Assembly: GCA_964658305.1 (NCBI GenBank) | Contig: OZ210885.1 | Coordinates: forward strand, 10,354,001-10,418,000 | Length of the DNA stretch: 64,000 nucleotides | Source: Leptogorgia sarmentosa | Lineage: Eukaryota | Direction of reading: 5' to 3' | Shown: positions 12,906 to 26,398 of the stretch, piece after piece | Numbering within the stretch: the first letter of the stretch is position 1 | How the letters are laid out: each line of letters opens with the position of its first letter | Notes under the pieces: generated by a model | Told to the model about the DNA's origin: nothing | Seen by the model: only the letters and a program-made list of their open reading frames with translations | The model's database searches: none | Position numbers and translations under genes: made by a program

Positions 12906-14213
12906 AATTTCCTAAAGGGGGCAAATGTCCTAGGAATTTCGCGCCCCGAGAGGGCGAGGGGTTGGGGGCGAAATTATGAGGAGGGCGAAATTCCTGGGAC
13001 TCTGTCGTGTTTTTTTTTTGTCGCGTGGGAACAAACCAGAACTGACTTTATCCAAGACTGAAAAACATACGAATAACGCACCCTACGTAATCAAAGGCAT
13101 GTTTTCCACGTTCTTCAGACTATTGCGCAACCCGATTTATCCTGTTTTAGTAAATGCCGTGCGCGTGCGGAAATTTCCGACAATTACAAAAAAGCTTGCA
13201 GAAATGTTATTATATGTGCAAACTGCAAATAATACGAAATATTCAAAATAAAAATAACATAACACAGGAGAAGGAGGAGAAATAAGGACATGGATTTCAA
13301 CATATTGGACTCTGTTTTTCTCAGGTAGATGCTAATGCCTTACGTTTCCGACGATCAATCTATATTTTTTTGTGTGTGTTGTGTTTAACTAGCATGCGAC
13401 CCACCGTTCGAAAGATCATTTTATTAGGATTTCAATGAACTTGTCTTTATTTCGTGCGGTATATACGCAGTGAAAAAAAAAAGAATTAAAAATTTGTATT
13501 TCAACTTCCGGAAACGTGTTAGAGAGAAAGAGAGCTCGATTGTAATCCGTCCTACACTTTCAACCATCTTATCTGAATTCGTACCTGTAACCTGTTGTAC
13601 ATTATCGACTGCATTTGGAAACGAACTATATTTTCATTATTTTGAAGCGAAGCCTAACTGCCATTACACGGTCCTTGCTTACAATTTTTTCGCGATCTGT
13701 AACCCAGTCTTAACAACAGTACCACTTGTATGGATGCCCTGTAGTATGCATACAATTTGACAACAATGTAGCTATGGTATAGGGTGGGTTTATGAAATTT
13801 ACAAACGCCATCGTATCGTGTGATTGGACCATGTTCACTAATTCTTTTTGTGTTTGATGCCAAGATCAGCAGTCTTACAACGTAGCTGTAGTAAAATGAT
13901 TTCCTGGGAAAACCAGATACGTCTGTTTTAGTAGCACCTCTCAACCTTCGCCAAAAGTACAAATTGTTCATATTTAAACAATAATTGCAACAGCTGGTTT
14001 GAGGATTCCAGCGTCTGCGTATCTTCAAACCAGCGGTTAACTGTAAACGTCGTGTAGAGCGCAGTGAAACGCAGTGTAAAAACATAAGCCAGCAACAACC
14101 AGAGCATGTTCAGCGCCGGAGAGGGACACAATTAAAAACAAGATTTCACAAAATCGTCTAGGGTTAGACATTATTGAAACATCAGTCTGACGAGTATCCA
14201 TCATGCGTTGTAG

Positions 14214-14423
14214 GGCTGAAAGTGTATTGTGTATCTACCGGAAAAAACCTCTCAACAAGTATTCCTGAGGGAGTCTGGTCGCTGTGTACGACCAAAGATG
14301 GACAGTTCATTGCTACTGTTGGATATTATGACAAGACTATCAAGTTGTGGAAAGCCGATACACTAAATTTTGAGGCCAGTTTGGTTGGCCATACAGATTG
14401 GGTGAGATGCGTTGTCGCAACAG
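14214..14423 (+). CDS. Multi-WD40 repeat protein, first exon found in the window (5' boundary uncertain)
   Basis: WD40 motifs VWSLCTTKDGQFIATVGYYDKTIKLW and GHTDWVRCVV; TTGTAG acceptor (alternative at 14167); phase-1 donor CAG|GTATGC. Confidence 0.85.
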
Positions 14424-14529
14424 GTATGCAATACTGTATGAGTTAATATTTCATAACATTTTGAAGATCTTCCTTCAACAGAGTCTCTTCAGAATTATAT
14501 TTGTTATTTCATTCGGATAAAACATATTA

Positions 14530-15278
14530 TGACCGTAACTCCCGGTCCGTAACCTAAATACAGCTTTCTGATTGGTTGCCGAGCGGTCCGTAACCTACTT
14601 TACGGACCGCTCGCATGCATTCTCGTAGATTTAATTACAAATATAGACAATGTTTTTGTTTTTTAAAATTGAATGGCCGCTTATTAAAATATTCAAAACG
14701 AATTTAGGTGATAAAGAACACATGAAAGTTCATTTTATTATGCTAAGGGACATTTTAGTGGGTATTTACAGCGACAAAAACTCATAAGTATCAACAAAGT
14801 CTCATCAGTATGAACAAAACAAAACATTCTCGGCGAAATATTTCGCTGTCTAAAGCGTATTTTAACCATGTTTGTATCGTGAAACGAACGGGAAAATAAA
14901 TAATTTTAATAAGTTTACTTTTTTCGTAGTAATGTTGAGTGGGAAAGCGTTAATATTGAAGCAAATGCGTCAATTTTGAAGGGTTTTTTCTCACTTCGTC
15001 TTGGCTGTTTAGCAGCCAATACTTTCGATAGAGTAGCAAAGTAAACAAACACAACTGATCTCAAAATCTAGTTCGCAACACTGGAATTTTTGACGAATTT
15101 TATCATAACATCGAGAGGAAAAAAATAAATAAGTTATTTACCATTTAGGTCGGTCCGTACTGGAAAATATTTTGTCTCGGTCTCAAAAACGTCCGTCGGC
15201 CTTTGGCCTCGGGCCGGTTTTGAGACCTCGACAAAATATTTTCCAGTACGGACCTCCCAGCTGGTAAATAACATATAT
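14530..15278 (-). mobile_element. Family D copy 2 (no E insertion)
   Basis: Reverse complement of D copy 1 without E; terminal hairpin at ~15133-15273. Confidence 0.85.
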
Positions 15279-16168
15279 TTCTTTATTATAAACTACCTTA
15301 ATGGTTCAATAAAGCAATGATTGGAGGGGAATATCATGTTTTGGAAGAAATTTTCCCAATTATTGCACAAAAATACCTGCTTGCAAGAGCATTCTAATAT
15401 TGTAATGAAAAATTATGCCTAGAAAGAAAGCAAAGTCTTTTCTTAATTGTTAGTATGGTGGTAACCAGTGCTTTCATGTACAAGCACTATTTTAGGACTT
15501 TCTGATTTCTTTCAAATTTTTAGGCTGGTTGTATTTGTATATGCTAAGAGTATTTTCAAATGGCCATTAGATTTATCTATGCTAGCTTTCTAAATATACT
15601 TTGAGACAATTTGCTTGTGTGTGTATATTTCAACCTTAATGTATAAATTGTGATATGGTACAAGTAGATTCGAAAGACTTGGTATTTAGGCCGGGTATTT
15701 GTATATTTTATTAGCGTTTAGACCTCTTGTAAATAATAATAGTCTGCCCTAAAAGTAGAGGCAGGCTATGAAACAAGGGCATACGAATCAAGTTGTAGTT
15801 TGGGAGAGGGGGGCGGGGGAGGCACAGGGAGAACAGAATCCAAATCTTTACTATTAAATGTTGCAACTTTTGGTTGGGAAAACTTATTACTGTATTTGCA
15901 ACTTGCAATCAGCAAGGCGGCATTTGGAAAAAAAACATATAAAAGCTAGTGAACGATGGAATCCTACAAAATTTTTTAGTACATTTGGGCAAATTCTCAT
16001 GTCTATCAGAAAGCTGTACAAATCCTAAGCATGAAAGAAGGGCACTTTCTTTTTTAAAAGGACACTTTTTGTTATAACCGTGAAAGTTAGGGCAGGGGGG
16101 GGGGGCTCCTTCCAAGTGCCCCACCATCCTACGCCACTGCTCTGGAATGCATTTCATAGGGATATATC

Positions 16169-16795
16169 TGTTAGAATTATATGATAATTTATGCATTATC
16201 ACGTGATGTCTCGACACGTGCTTGAGAGTTGTTGTTCGATTGTATGTTGTACAATTATTTTAGGTTCCTTTTCTCTACTTAATATTAAAATATTCTATGA
16301 AATATGAGCTTGGCAGAGTGATTTCATAATAGGTTATGGGCCCAGGACGTGAAAGAAGGTGTTTTTTAGTATTATTTGGTCCTGAAAGGCGTAAATTGGC
16401 AAGGTTGTTTGTGTCGTATTGTTATTGTTGCTTGGATTCAGCGATGGCGGAAATCACGAAGATAGAGAAACTGAACGGTAGGAATTACCAGTCATGGAAG
16501 TATAACATTACACTTGTCCTTATGGAACGCGGGTTGTGGGGTTTCACACAAGAAGGAATAGAACAGCCTCCAGAAGAGGGTGCATCGGACGTAGCGAAGA
16601 GATCGTATCAACTTAGATCAGATAAGGCTTATTCGTTGATTGCCTTGAGCGTTGAGAAACATTTGCAAATACATATTTCTGGCACGACAGAACCGTTGGA
16701 AGCGTGGCAAAGTTTGCAACAGCAATTCGAATTTGTTTCAGTCACGCAAATAGTTCGTTTGAATCGAAAATTTTACGCAGCCAGCATGCAAGGAA
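16169..16795 (+). mobile_element. Ty1/Copia LTR retrotransposon 5' fragment (putative LTR, PBS, gag N-terminus)
   Basis: TG-starting LTR-like segment 16169-16331; Copia-type PBS GGTTATGGGCCCAG at 16332; gag from ATG 16444 (IEKLNGRNYQSWKYNITLVLMERGLWG...DKAYSLIALSVE), truncated near 16795. Confidence 0.85.
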
Positions 16796-17372
16796 ATATA
16801 GCAAAGTTCAATAGCAAAGAACAATTTCGATACAAATTACATTATCAAGAACATGAAGTATAGATAAGTAAAGTTGAGCCGGCGGTAAGGAGAGACAACG
16901 TGTGACGAACGTTTTTGTTTCAAAGATCGAATGGTTCACAGTGTTTTACCGCCTTTAAGCCTATTTAGTTATGGTTTAGTCTTATTTTAAGTGGTAGCAA
17001 AAGGGGAATTAAATACTTTTTTGTTCAAATAACCGGCGCGTTGAATCACTGTGTATTCTAAGGGTCAAGTACAATGTTCCCAAACATAAATATGAATACA
17101 TGTGCAAACAAATAATGATGTAATGCAGCAATGAAAATTTCCCATTGCGGTACGTGCTACAGAGCACGTACTGCTCAGTACTGTTGCATTCTGGTTTTGA
17201 GTAATTGCACGGACGCATAGTTCTTACGATCTTTCATTAGACTTTTCCGTAACTCTACAGTACATAATATGAATATAGCTAAGTAGAAATAGCAATTATA
17301 AATTTGGGTACTCGAATCTTTCCTCAGGAAAAACTTTTTAGACTTTTCAGAAGTTAAACTTCGTTTTAACAC

Positions 17373-17722
17373 TTATTATTATACATTGTAGATGGTAAAA
17401 GCAATCTGATTGGCTAAGAGCATACAGTTAAATCGCGCAATCACGCAACCTACAGGAAATCCAGTTATCTGCTAGCAGATAACTAATTATGTACAAAATG
17501 AGCCTATGTTTTCATAAATGAAGTTTTTCATGCATTTTCATGCTTTGTTTATTATTCTTCAAATGTATAATAAAACAATTATTGAATTCGGTTTTTGTGG
17601 TATGCAAAATTATCAAGGTCGAGGTAAGCGTTATCAGCCTCGCCTTCGGCTCGGCTGATAACGCTTACCTCGACCTTGAAAATTCCCCATATCACAAAAC
17701 CTCATCCAATAATTGTTAATTA
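17373..17722 (-). mobile_element. Terminal-hairpin non-autonomous element, family F copy 1
   Basis: IR TTATTATACATT (17376) / AATGTATAATAA (17562), then a ~140-nt hairpin centred on GCCTTCGGC (17642-17650); second copy at 55.5 kb. Confidence 0.85.
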
Positions 17723-18557
17723 TCAAGGATTTAAGAAATGACTCCAAACAGAAATGACAAACTTTTACAAATTTGAGACCCAATTGCGACTGCGTATTTC
17801 CTATGTATTTTTAATAAACGAGAAGGAAGTTTGTTTTGTATAAAATTCCAGCAGGTTCAAGAAAGACTACCCCATCTCCTCTATTTAGCCCCTTGGGGGA
17901 TTATTTATGTTTGCCTGCATTCAGGTGAGCGGTTATCTGAAGAGGGGACTAAGTAGATGGTGGGGGTTAATAAATTTTCACCCAAATTTGGTCCCGCAAA
18001 TATACTAATTCACACAACACATCCAGAATATCAATTAACTTCATTACGCATTCATATTTGAAAAAATAGAGCAACGAAAGTTTTATTTCATAGATGTTTT
18101 ACTTGATTCTCAGCCAAATTGAACTAAAATCATCTCTTCCTTGTGCAATGTAAAAACAATTGTGCAAGATGTTCGTTATTTCTCAAGTTATCGTGTTCAC
18201 TGACCAACACACACACACATACACACAAACAAACCAAGATGATTACATAACCTCCTGGTGGGGGTAATGAGCTTTAACATTATGCAAAACTAACTGGAAG
18301 AATGGTGTTACTTTGCACAATTCATTCGTGATCATGACTGTTGTACGTGCCAGGCGGTTCGGCCATATCAGTTTGAGTATTTCAAGTCCATTCTGACACA
18401 TTGGAATTTCTTTATGCATGAACTAGACTTGCAAAAGCATATATGAAAATCTCTCCTGTAAACGATCGAGTTATTGAATATATTTAGGATATCATGTACT
18501 TTGCTTTCCCTTGTTTTTTTGTGCCAGTTCGACTAAAGTGCGAAGTTTCTGTTTTAG

Positions 18558-18801
18558 ATTCAGGAAAAAACAATCCGATGCTTGTGTCTGCTTCAGACGA
18601 TGGGACAATAAAAATTTGGGATTTAAAAACTTATCAAGAAATCCGTACTCTTAAGGGTCATGAATCCGATGTTATCATTGTCGCTGTGAGCGATGATAAA
18701 AAGTATATTATCTCTGGAGACAGAAGACGAAGTGTGAGGTTGTGGTGTTTCCACACTGGAAAGTCCCTTTCCTGTTATGAAGGTCATACCGGTCACATCA
18801 G
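18558..18801 (+). CDS. Multi-WD40 repeat protein, exon
   Basis: LVSASDDGTIKIWDL...LKGHESDV...SVRLW; TTTTAG acceptor in phase 1 matches the previous donor; phase-2 donor AG|GTGGGT. Confidence 0.92.
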
Positions 18802-19199
18802 GTGGGTTCACTCTGGCAGCTATATCTAATTTAGCGAAAGGATCGTCATGCAGGCAAGGCAACAACGAAGACCCAATACATCACATTAAGCTTAACATAC
18901 AACACATTCTGTTTTGTGTAATTGTATTAATTTATTACGATTTTTCACAGTCACACTTAGACGTACTGCTTCTTGAAATCGGTTGTTGATGAATTGAAAA
19001 GATAGGGAAAATGAACGCCATGAAAGTAATTTTCAGTCATCCATTTGTTCGGAACGCTACAAGAATTTCTATTTGTTACACTAATATACTAATTGGCTTC
19101 TGGCTATAGTCGTGCTTATTTGCAATGGACGACTTGGGCTTTAGAAAGATTTTAATGAGGGATAAACGTAGGAAATTCAGCGTATGACATCCAATGCAA

Positions 19200-19378
19200 C
19201 ATAATTTTACCTGTTGTACATATATCATTACCCTATCTTGTATTGTTGCTTTCGTTGATTTTCTGCAGTACTGAACTCTACAATATGTCAATAGGGCTCC
19301 CGTTGATAACAGTTGTTTTTATTACTGACGGGACTACCCTATGTAAATAAAGGTTTTATCTATCTATCTATCTATCTT
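19200..19378 (+). mobile_element. 3' end of a non-LTR retrotransposon (CR1/L2-like)
   Basis: GGGACTACCCTATGTAAATAAAGG followed by a (TATC)n tail; 5' boundary approximate. Confidence 0.5.
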
Positions 19379-19627
19379 CTTAATTGTTGTCGACATAGTA
19401 GTAGAACGATTTTTGCTAAAGATAAAGTGACCATAGATGTAGTTTTCATTTGCACTAACATTTGATGAATACGACATATTTCCCTGATCATGTATGAATA
19501 AATTATACAGCATATTTTGATGATATGGGTTTCTTAAACTATCAATAATCTGGCAGAGATCGTCTTTGCCATTTTTCGGTAGAAAAAAATATTATTAGTA
19601 ATAAACAATCAACTTGTAATATTTCAG

Positions 19628-19860
19628 CGGTCTTGCAATAATTCCCAATGGAAAGAAGGCATTGACAGCGTCATTGGGTGGAAGTATCAGGGTTTGGAAC
19701 CTGGGAACTGCTGCGTACATGGAACAACGCAGTCTCTCTGATCATTCAAATGACGTCACAGATATTACAATCGCTCATGATGAGTCTAGATGTGTTTCCA
19801 CAACTAGAGATGGTACTTTCAAAGTTTGGAATCTTCACACACAGGGCTTTTCTGTCAGAG
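19628..19860 (+). CDS. Multi-WD40 repeat protein, exon
   Basis: GLAIIPNGKKALTASLGGSIRVW...HSNDVTDI...DGTFKVW; TTTCAG acceptor in phase 2; phase-1 donor GAG|GTATAG. Confidence 0.92.
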
Positions 19861-20587
19861 GTATAGTTCAAATTGTCTATTTGGGCCAGCTTTCTTATAA
19901 ATAGGTTGTGGACGATCTCGTTTTCATTTCATTTCAGCAAATTCATTTTCATTTTACTAAATTCATATGAACCTACCTCAACCTTGTTCATTTTTGTGCT
20001 TCAAGTACTGCACCATGTTCAAAAACTAGTATTTTTGCGTAGAACAAATTACATGGAAATTCAAATCTTGTAGATACTCGTGTATAATTAGCAAATCGGA
20101 ATAGTTGATGAGAAACGTTCTTGTCTGCAACGCTCTGCACTGATATGAAGACAGAAAACCGGTGGTTAACTACAGTTGAATGGATAGCAGGCTTTCGTGG
20201 ATTAATTAGGCCTACGTTAATTGCCTTTCGATTTGCAATTCCCTAATTACTAATTACAAAATTTCAACTAGTTTCATGCAGAATGACGATATAAACCTCC
20301 TTGAATACAAAACAATAAGCTAAGATATTGTATATTTTGATGTTTCGCTCGTGTTGTGTCTATCATTGTCGTCTGTGTGTATCAAATATTCCATATCTCA
20401 ACACTATTCCTTGTATTCATGTAATAAACAAATTACTTCATGCGCAGTTGACTCGTTTGTTCGAATTTTATTATTTGTGAATCGTACGGTAGACATCTCT
20501 ATTTACATCATTGACGAAAGGGAAATGTTTCATGAGATTTGGCGAATGTCTAAGATGGAAAGACAATACATATAGAGATCGGCGGCT

Positions 20588-20716
20588 ACTTCACGGTTGG
20601 CGAGTGCGTACGATTTTTATTTAACAATTGTGCCATCACAATTGAGCGCAGTGAACGAGTGAGCTTAGCGATCACAACGAGTAAATAATAACGGTACAAA
20701 CGAGCAACTGTGAAGT
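20588..20716 (+). repeat. Degenerate terminal hairpin related in design to family E
   Basis: ACTTCACGGTTG...GAGCGCAGTGAACGAGTGAG...CAACTGTGAAGT palindrome with the same core as E. Confidence 0.6.
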
Positions 20717-21377
20717 TACTTGTTTATTACAGGAGTATAAAGAAGAGTGCAGAGATACGGAATATTTGATACTGAAAGGCAACAATGACAAACACAACGT
20801 AAGCAAAATATCAAGATATAAAATTTCTCACCACTTATTGCAAAGGTGATTTTATGCCTTAAACAGTTGATAGTTGCACACCCATTTCTCTTCTGGTTTG
20901 GAATGTGTCGATAAGAAGTCTTGGAAAGGATTTAACGTGAATTAAGTTACAGGGTTTCACATAAAGCGTATCACGGTTGTTGTGCAGTTTCAGCGTGCGT
21001 TTCCAGTGCATTGTTTTGATAGTTTATGGTCTAGTCCACTAGAATAAGGTTCAATATGCGACCCGTGAAGGTTCCGGATATAATAACATCAACAAGCAAC
21101 AAAAGTTCTACTTACTACCTAGTAAACGTTAACAAATTCACTGCCTATCGTTCAGTAGGTGAGTTGCAATTTTGCTGCTTGTTAAAGTATCAAATTATAT
21201 TAGATACAGTATTTAATCCACTCCTCAAGACTTTTTCTTTTCATTGTATTTAAATCCTCAAATTGCAAAGATTTTTAAAGGTGTCCAATCTGATCATTTG
21301 TGACTGTTACAGAAAATATCCTTTTGATGTTTACTTCAATTTCTGGATTGATTATTTTTTCCTTCCTGATTAAATAG

Positions 21378-21463
21378 GTCACCTTAAAAAGGCAAAACAT
21401 GTTGCAGTCTCTGCTGATGATCAATATGTCGTGTCGCTGTCAAAGGATGGGAATATCTTCAAG
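21378..21463 (+). CDS. Multi-WD40 repeat protein, short exon missed by the ORF track
   Basis: (G)HLKKAKHVAVSADDQYVVSLSKDGNIFK; AAATAG acceptor in phase 1; joins in phase 0 to VWNL of the next exon; donor GTCTCG is weak (alternative at 21487). Confidence 0.85.
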
Positions 21464-22333
21464 GTCTCGACGAAGTCCTCGATAAAGGTGTAGTACACAA
21501 GGCTACTAGTCATACTGTGCATATAGAAATACAAAACAATAGAAACATCCAAACACAAGCAATTTTTTGAATTTTGAATTCCACGTTTCGACTCGGCGTA
21601 TTCATTATTAGGAATGTATACAATTTTTACAAAACATGGGTACATATACTTGTGAAATGTGAACCGCATTAATAATTCATGAAGAAAACACGGGAAATCG
21701 TCAGCGTGCATGTGTCAGTATATGTTATACGTACATTTTGGTTGATTGGCAGAAACTATAACTTTGATTTTCTTATGTAATATCAGATGTGTTCTTAAAT
21801 TACAGAAGGTTTGTATCAGACCTTAGATAATCGAAGGCAAACATGGACGGGAAACTCTGGCTTAAACTGCAGGACATCCACGTTATGCGCTTTGTTTTGA
21901 AACCTGTAACTTCACATTTAATCCATTCCAGGACTTCGTACTGACATAATTATTTTAAACCGGAACCGAAAGATATGTACATTTACATATAATACATATA
22001 AGAAAACATAAGAATGACCGTTTGAAGTAGGTTATATTTTAGGTTATATTAGGAAAATTGTATATCAGTGTATGGATACGAGCATTGAAGCATTGACTTT
22101 CAATTTCATAAACAGCTTTAAATTTCGACAGATTCAGTAAGTTACTATTTTACCATGTGTTATGGAATGGATTCTCATGCAAGATTTAAGATAAACTATA
22201 CATCAACTTCATTCAGACCTATGTATATGAAGACGGTTTCTGGTCAACGTACACACAACCCATGATACAGATAATAATTGAAGTATGTATATGTGACCAG
22301 TGTAGGTAGCAGATGGCAACATCAACAACAAAT

Positions 22334-22495
22334 AAAGGTCTACTCAATACCTATAAGGGATACATACGGATTTGACGTTTCCAGCAAAAGGGCCCTCGTC
22401 GGGAATTAGTTTAACACAATATTCGATCCCAGCGAAGGGCCTTTGCTCGAAACGTAAAATCTGTTTAAATGATTTAGGTAGTGAGTAGACTCTTT
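22334..22495. mobile_element. Inverted pair of Penelope-like terminal fragments
   Basis: Imperfect palindrome; each arm has CCCGACGAGGGC/CCCAGCGAAGGGC...GCT(C/G)GAAACGT followed by TAGGTA..GAGTAGAC. Confidence 0.5.
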
Positions 22496-24529
22496 GCTGC
22501 CTGTTAATAAAGCCATTACCAACACATGCAACTGAGTATTATAATACAACTTTTATTTGTATTGTAGTTAGATAATCTGGAACCAGATTTAACCCGATCG
22601 TAAAATATCCCCATTACTAAAATCCCACCAAATTTGTCATCTATTCGGGAAAAATACTTACTATCTATTTTGTCTTGCTGGAAGACCCAGCAACATGTAC
22701 AACTTACTGAATGCTGAAGTTCTGTCATGTACGAGTTTACCTATTTGTGATGCGACACAAGATATATATTGTTCAAGATCAGTATCTATATGTATAATTG
22801 ACATTTGATATAGTACAATTAATATGACGCTCGAGATAATCCAGTATATAATCGATGACTAGATGGGGCAAGAATCGTGGAAAAATTCATTGTGGGCAAC
22901 GCATGCGTAAATATAGGAATACCTGTCAACTGGTGAAAGAAATCAAATTTCAACTCCCCCGCTCGTGTAATGGAGGAGGTCTAATGCAGTAACAATTTAT
23001 AACGTTCCTGTAACGAGATGGTTGTTGACATGTAAGATTGCGCTATCCTATCGTTTAGGATATATAGTGAGCAAGACTGTTGCTCTTTGTTGAATTTCCT
23101 AAAACAACCCGTTAAAATCTGACGGGAATAAAACTTAAATATTTTGAAATTGCCTGCTTTTTATCAATTGCCTGCTCCGTATCTCCGATTTTATAGGTTT
23201 CCGACCATTTTTAAAACGGTTGAAACTTGAAATATTTGCTAACAAGTAAATGGCCCTTTCTGAATTTTCAATATGAATTACAAATGAATGAAAATTGCAA
23301 TAGACCCCTGAACTCAAGCAAACCAGTCAAACTTTCTGCAGTAGCTTTATTCACGCGGTTCTATGCATGCAGTTAAACTGTTAAATGCATACATAAAATT
23401 TGAAGACACAAATTGAACAAAGTCATTACCAAGATTATGTCACTGGAAAAGTGTTAGAGTGATGGAAATTGTATTTCTTATTCCAAACTCATAAGCCTAA
23501 TTCCTAACGTCGCAGTTGGTACTGAATCTTGGGATTAAAGCAGCCCCGCCGTAAGATGAGATCTCTGGAGCCCCCCCCCCCCCCCACTCACCTGAAGTAA
23601 ATGAAGTCCTGAATTAGTTGTCTTTCGCAACATAGGAAAAAAATATTTTTTTTATACAGTTGTGAACTGATATTAGGTTTTTGCCACATGATCATGCATG
23701 ATTATACCAATTGAACAAAATCAGCCCTGAAAATGCCCGAAAACATGTTCGACGATGTCCCTTTCATTTTACCATAAACTCGATCCATTGCTATTCGATT
23801 TATGCGTTGAAACAAGACAACCTTTTAAATAAAGGGTATAAAATATCTCAATAATAGTCGCTCGTAATACAAACCAGTACAACTGTAAAAGTTGTTCATT
23901 AAGATGGCTTTCTGGGACTTTCGCGCGACTTGTTTTCATGAAATGGCAAAACTTGCTGTTCGAGCCCTTTAACCCACTGATCTCGAAGTACTGAATTTAT
24001 CATCCTGTTCAATTCAGTCAATAATTTTGAAGTTCCGTAATGAGATGAAATACTAAAGACATACACAGAGCTTGTCATAACTTTTCTAATGGTTTCTAGA
24101 ACGTTTAAAAGCTTTATCATGAATCACACGGCGTCCATCTTGGTGTGACCTCATTAGTTATTCACGGCCAAATTTAAAAGGAAAAAGACGCCATTTTTGG
24201 AGGAAATTTATTCAGACCAATATGGCCGCCATTGGTTTATTTATGCATTACAGAAGCTTTATCCAGTCATATTATTGCTCAAGTGTACGTATATTTTCGA
24301 AAATAAGTCGTAAAATCTAATCTGGAACGTATTAACTAACTTTTTATGCTCTTTCTACATCTTTAAAAACTGGCTTCCAGTAATCGCTTTGAGTAGCACG
24401 CATAATATAAGTAACGAAACTTATTTTGCTTGTTAGTTATTATATTCACAATTAGTTTTGATAGATCATTATATCACAAGTTTTGTTGCGCTTCATACAG
24501 AATATTAATTTTTCCTTTTTTTTTTTAAG

Positions 24530-24938
24530 GTGTGGAATTTGTCTGATGGCAGTGTGATGAATGAAATTGATAGCGATGGCACACCTGAAATTGTTCGCTT
24601 TAGTTCTGATGGGTTCCATGTTATAATTGGATGCAAAGATAACCATGTGTTCATCTGGGACTGGCAAAATCCTGATGCGTCTTTGAAAGAAGTCATTTTA
24701 CCCGTGTCCTATACACTGGAAATAGCATGCGATCGCAACATGATTTACACATGCAGCCCTGATATGCATATTTGTGAAATCAATCTCGACTCTTTGCAAG
24801 TATCGACTGTACGTCAGCGGCCGAGGGTCCCACTTGTAATATCACCCGACGGCAAAGATCTTTTGTTTAGCTCGGTTCAGAAAAATGTGTTTCTCCACCG
24901 GAAACTTTCAACTGATAGTTGGATCGACCATAATGCAG
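24530..24938 (+). CDS. Multi-WD40 repeat protein, exon
   Basis: VWNLSDG...VRFSSDGFHVIIGCKDNHVFIWDW; strong polypyrimidine acceptor; phase-1 donor CAG|GTGGGT. Confidence 0.92.
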
Positions 24939-25938
24939 GTGGGTAAATCAAGGACTATTTGAAAATTCTAAATACTTTTAAGTCTTCGACGCGACTACAG
25001 GATTTTTTACTATATTCATACACTCAATAATTTATATGTGTGAAATATCCGTTTTAAATGAGATTATATTTTTCCTGAAAAACCACTGCATTGCACCCGT
25101 GAATGAGTCAAATATTGAATTCGATTTACGTGTTAGCTCTGAATTTGTCTTGCATGGCTAGCTTTACAGGCTATTTTCTGTTCTGATTATGTATTAAACG
25201 ATTACGAAGAATACAATTAAAACGGTTTCGTCACGAGTATCTACAAACCTGTATCCGTTTTTACTCGTGTTGCATGTAGCGAAAGAATACCAAAACTACG
25301 AGATTTCAAAAATTTCAACTTGCTATTTTTGATCTCATCTTTTTCTAAACGGGTATTTTGCTACATGCAGTAAGTTTCCCATCCATGTGCCTTCACGGCA
25401 TATGAAGGATGTCAACACATTGCACTTTTTCAGGCCATTTTTCGTCCGCTTTTATCTGTTGATTTCCAAATAAAGTTGAAGCCCGTATCATTCATGAGAT
25501 TACTTCCCTCATTGTTTGAATTTGACGCAAATTAGACGTCTAAAACGAGCCTAACTAGTCGCGCTGTGCGAACATACCTCAAGATTTGAACCTCAGCTGG
25601 CGTTTTGGGGATTGGCTGTCAATTGACACGGAAGTTATGTTCTACTAAACTGTCTTTCCGTGAGCTTAGTGTGAGACTGTTCTCAGCCCACTGCAAGCTT
25701 TTAGTCTAGAGTAAACGTATACATAATAGAGAAATCTAGCGATCTCAAAAATTTGAAAATAAGTAAAGAAACAAAAATCCATCGCTACAATTGGTAAAAA
25801 TGTGTCAAAATTAGCATAACTGCAATGGTTGGGAACAATAAAAAACATATTATGGCAATGCAAATTAAAGTTCGTGCGATGTACGTGCAATATATCAGGT
25901 GAAAGTGATTGAATTTCGGATGAAATGGGTGTGCTTTA

Positions 25939-26173
25939 CGGCCGTTTTCCATGCATTGCAGTCGCTTTGCCCGCACGGGTAGAGCAAACATGTTTCAACT
26001 TTTGATAAGGGTGGCTAATCTGAGCCTTCTCTGTCTAATTTTGCACGCGCGGAGACGCGTAGAAGTTGAACTACGGTCAACATTCTTGGCGTGCCCGCGC
26101 GACTGATTTTTGACGAGGTTAAAATCGTTCGCTCAGCCCGCGCGGGCCAAACGACTGTAATGGAAAACGGCCT
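25939..26173. mobile_element. PIF/Harbinger-like MITE
   Basis: TIR GGCCGTTTTCCAT...CAGTCG / CGACTG...ATGGAAAACGGCC; TTA on both flanks. Confidence 0.7.
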
Positions 26174-26398
26174 TTATTCCAGTATACTAGTCCTTTATTC
26201 ACAACAGTGAATGACTTATTTTTGCGTTTTCGATATCAGCGATACATTTTGCTACCGGGATTTGAAGAAAATTTCTATTGCTGCACCTGTAAAGATTAAT
26301 TGTCGTCTGGAGGATATTTTTCAATGATTGGCAGGCTACACCGCTGAAGCGTTGCATACTTGAATACTTCAAATAAAAATTTTACTTCCTTCATGCAG

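Noticed and set aside
13283..13330. Candidate first exon of the WD40 gene (ATGGATTTC...CTCAG|GTAGAT)
   Set aside because: The donor phase does not match either acceptor of the next exon, and there is no homology support.
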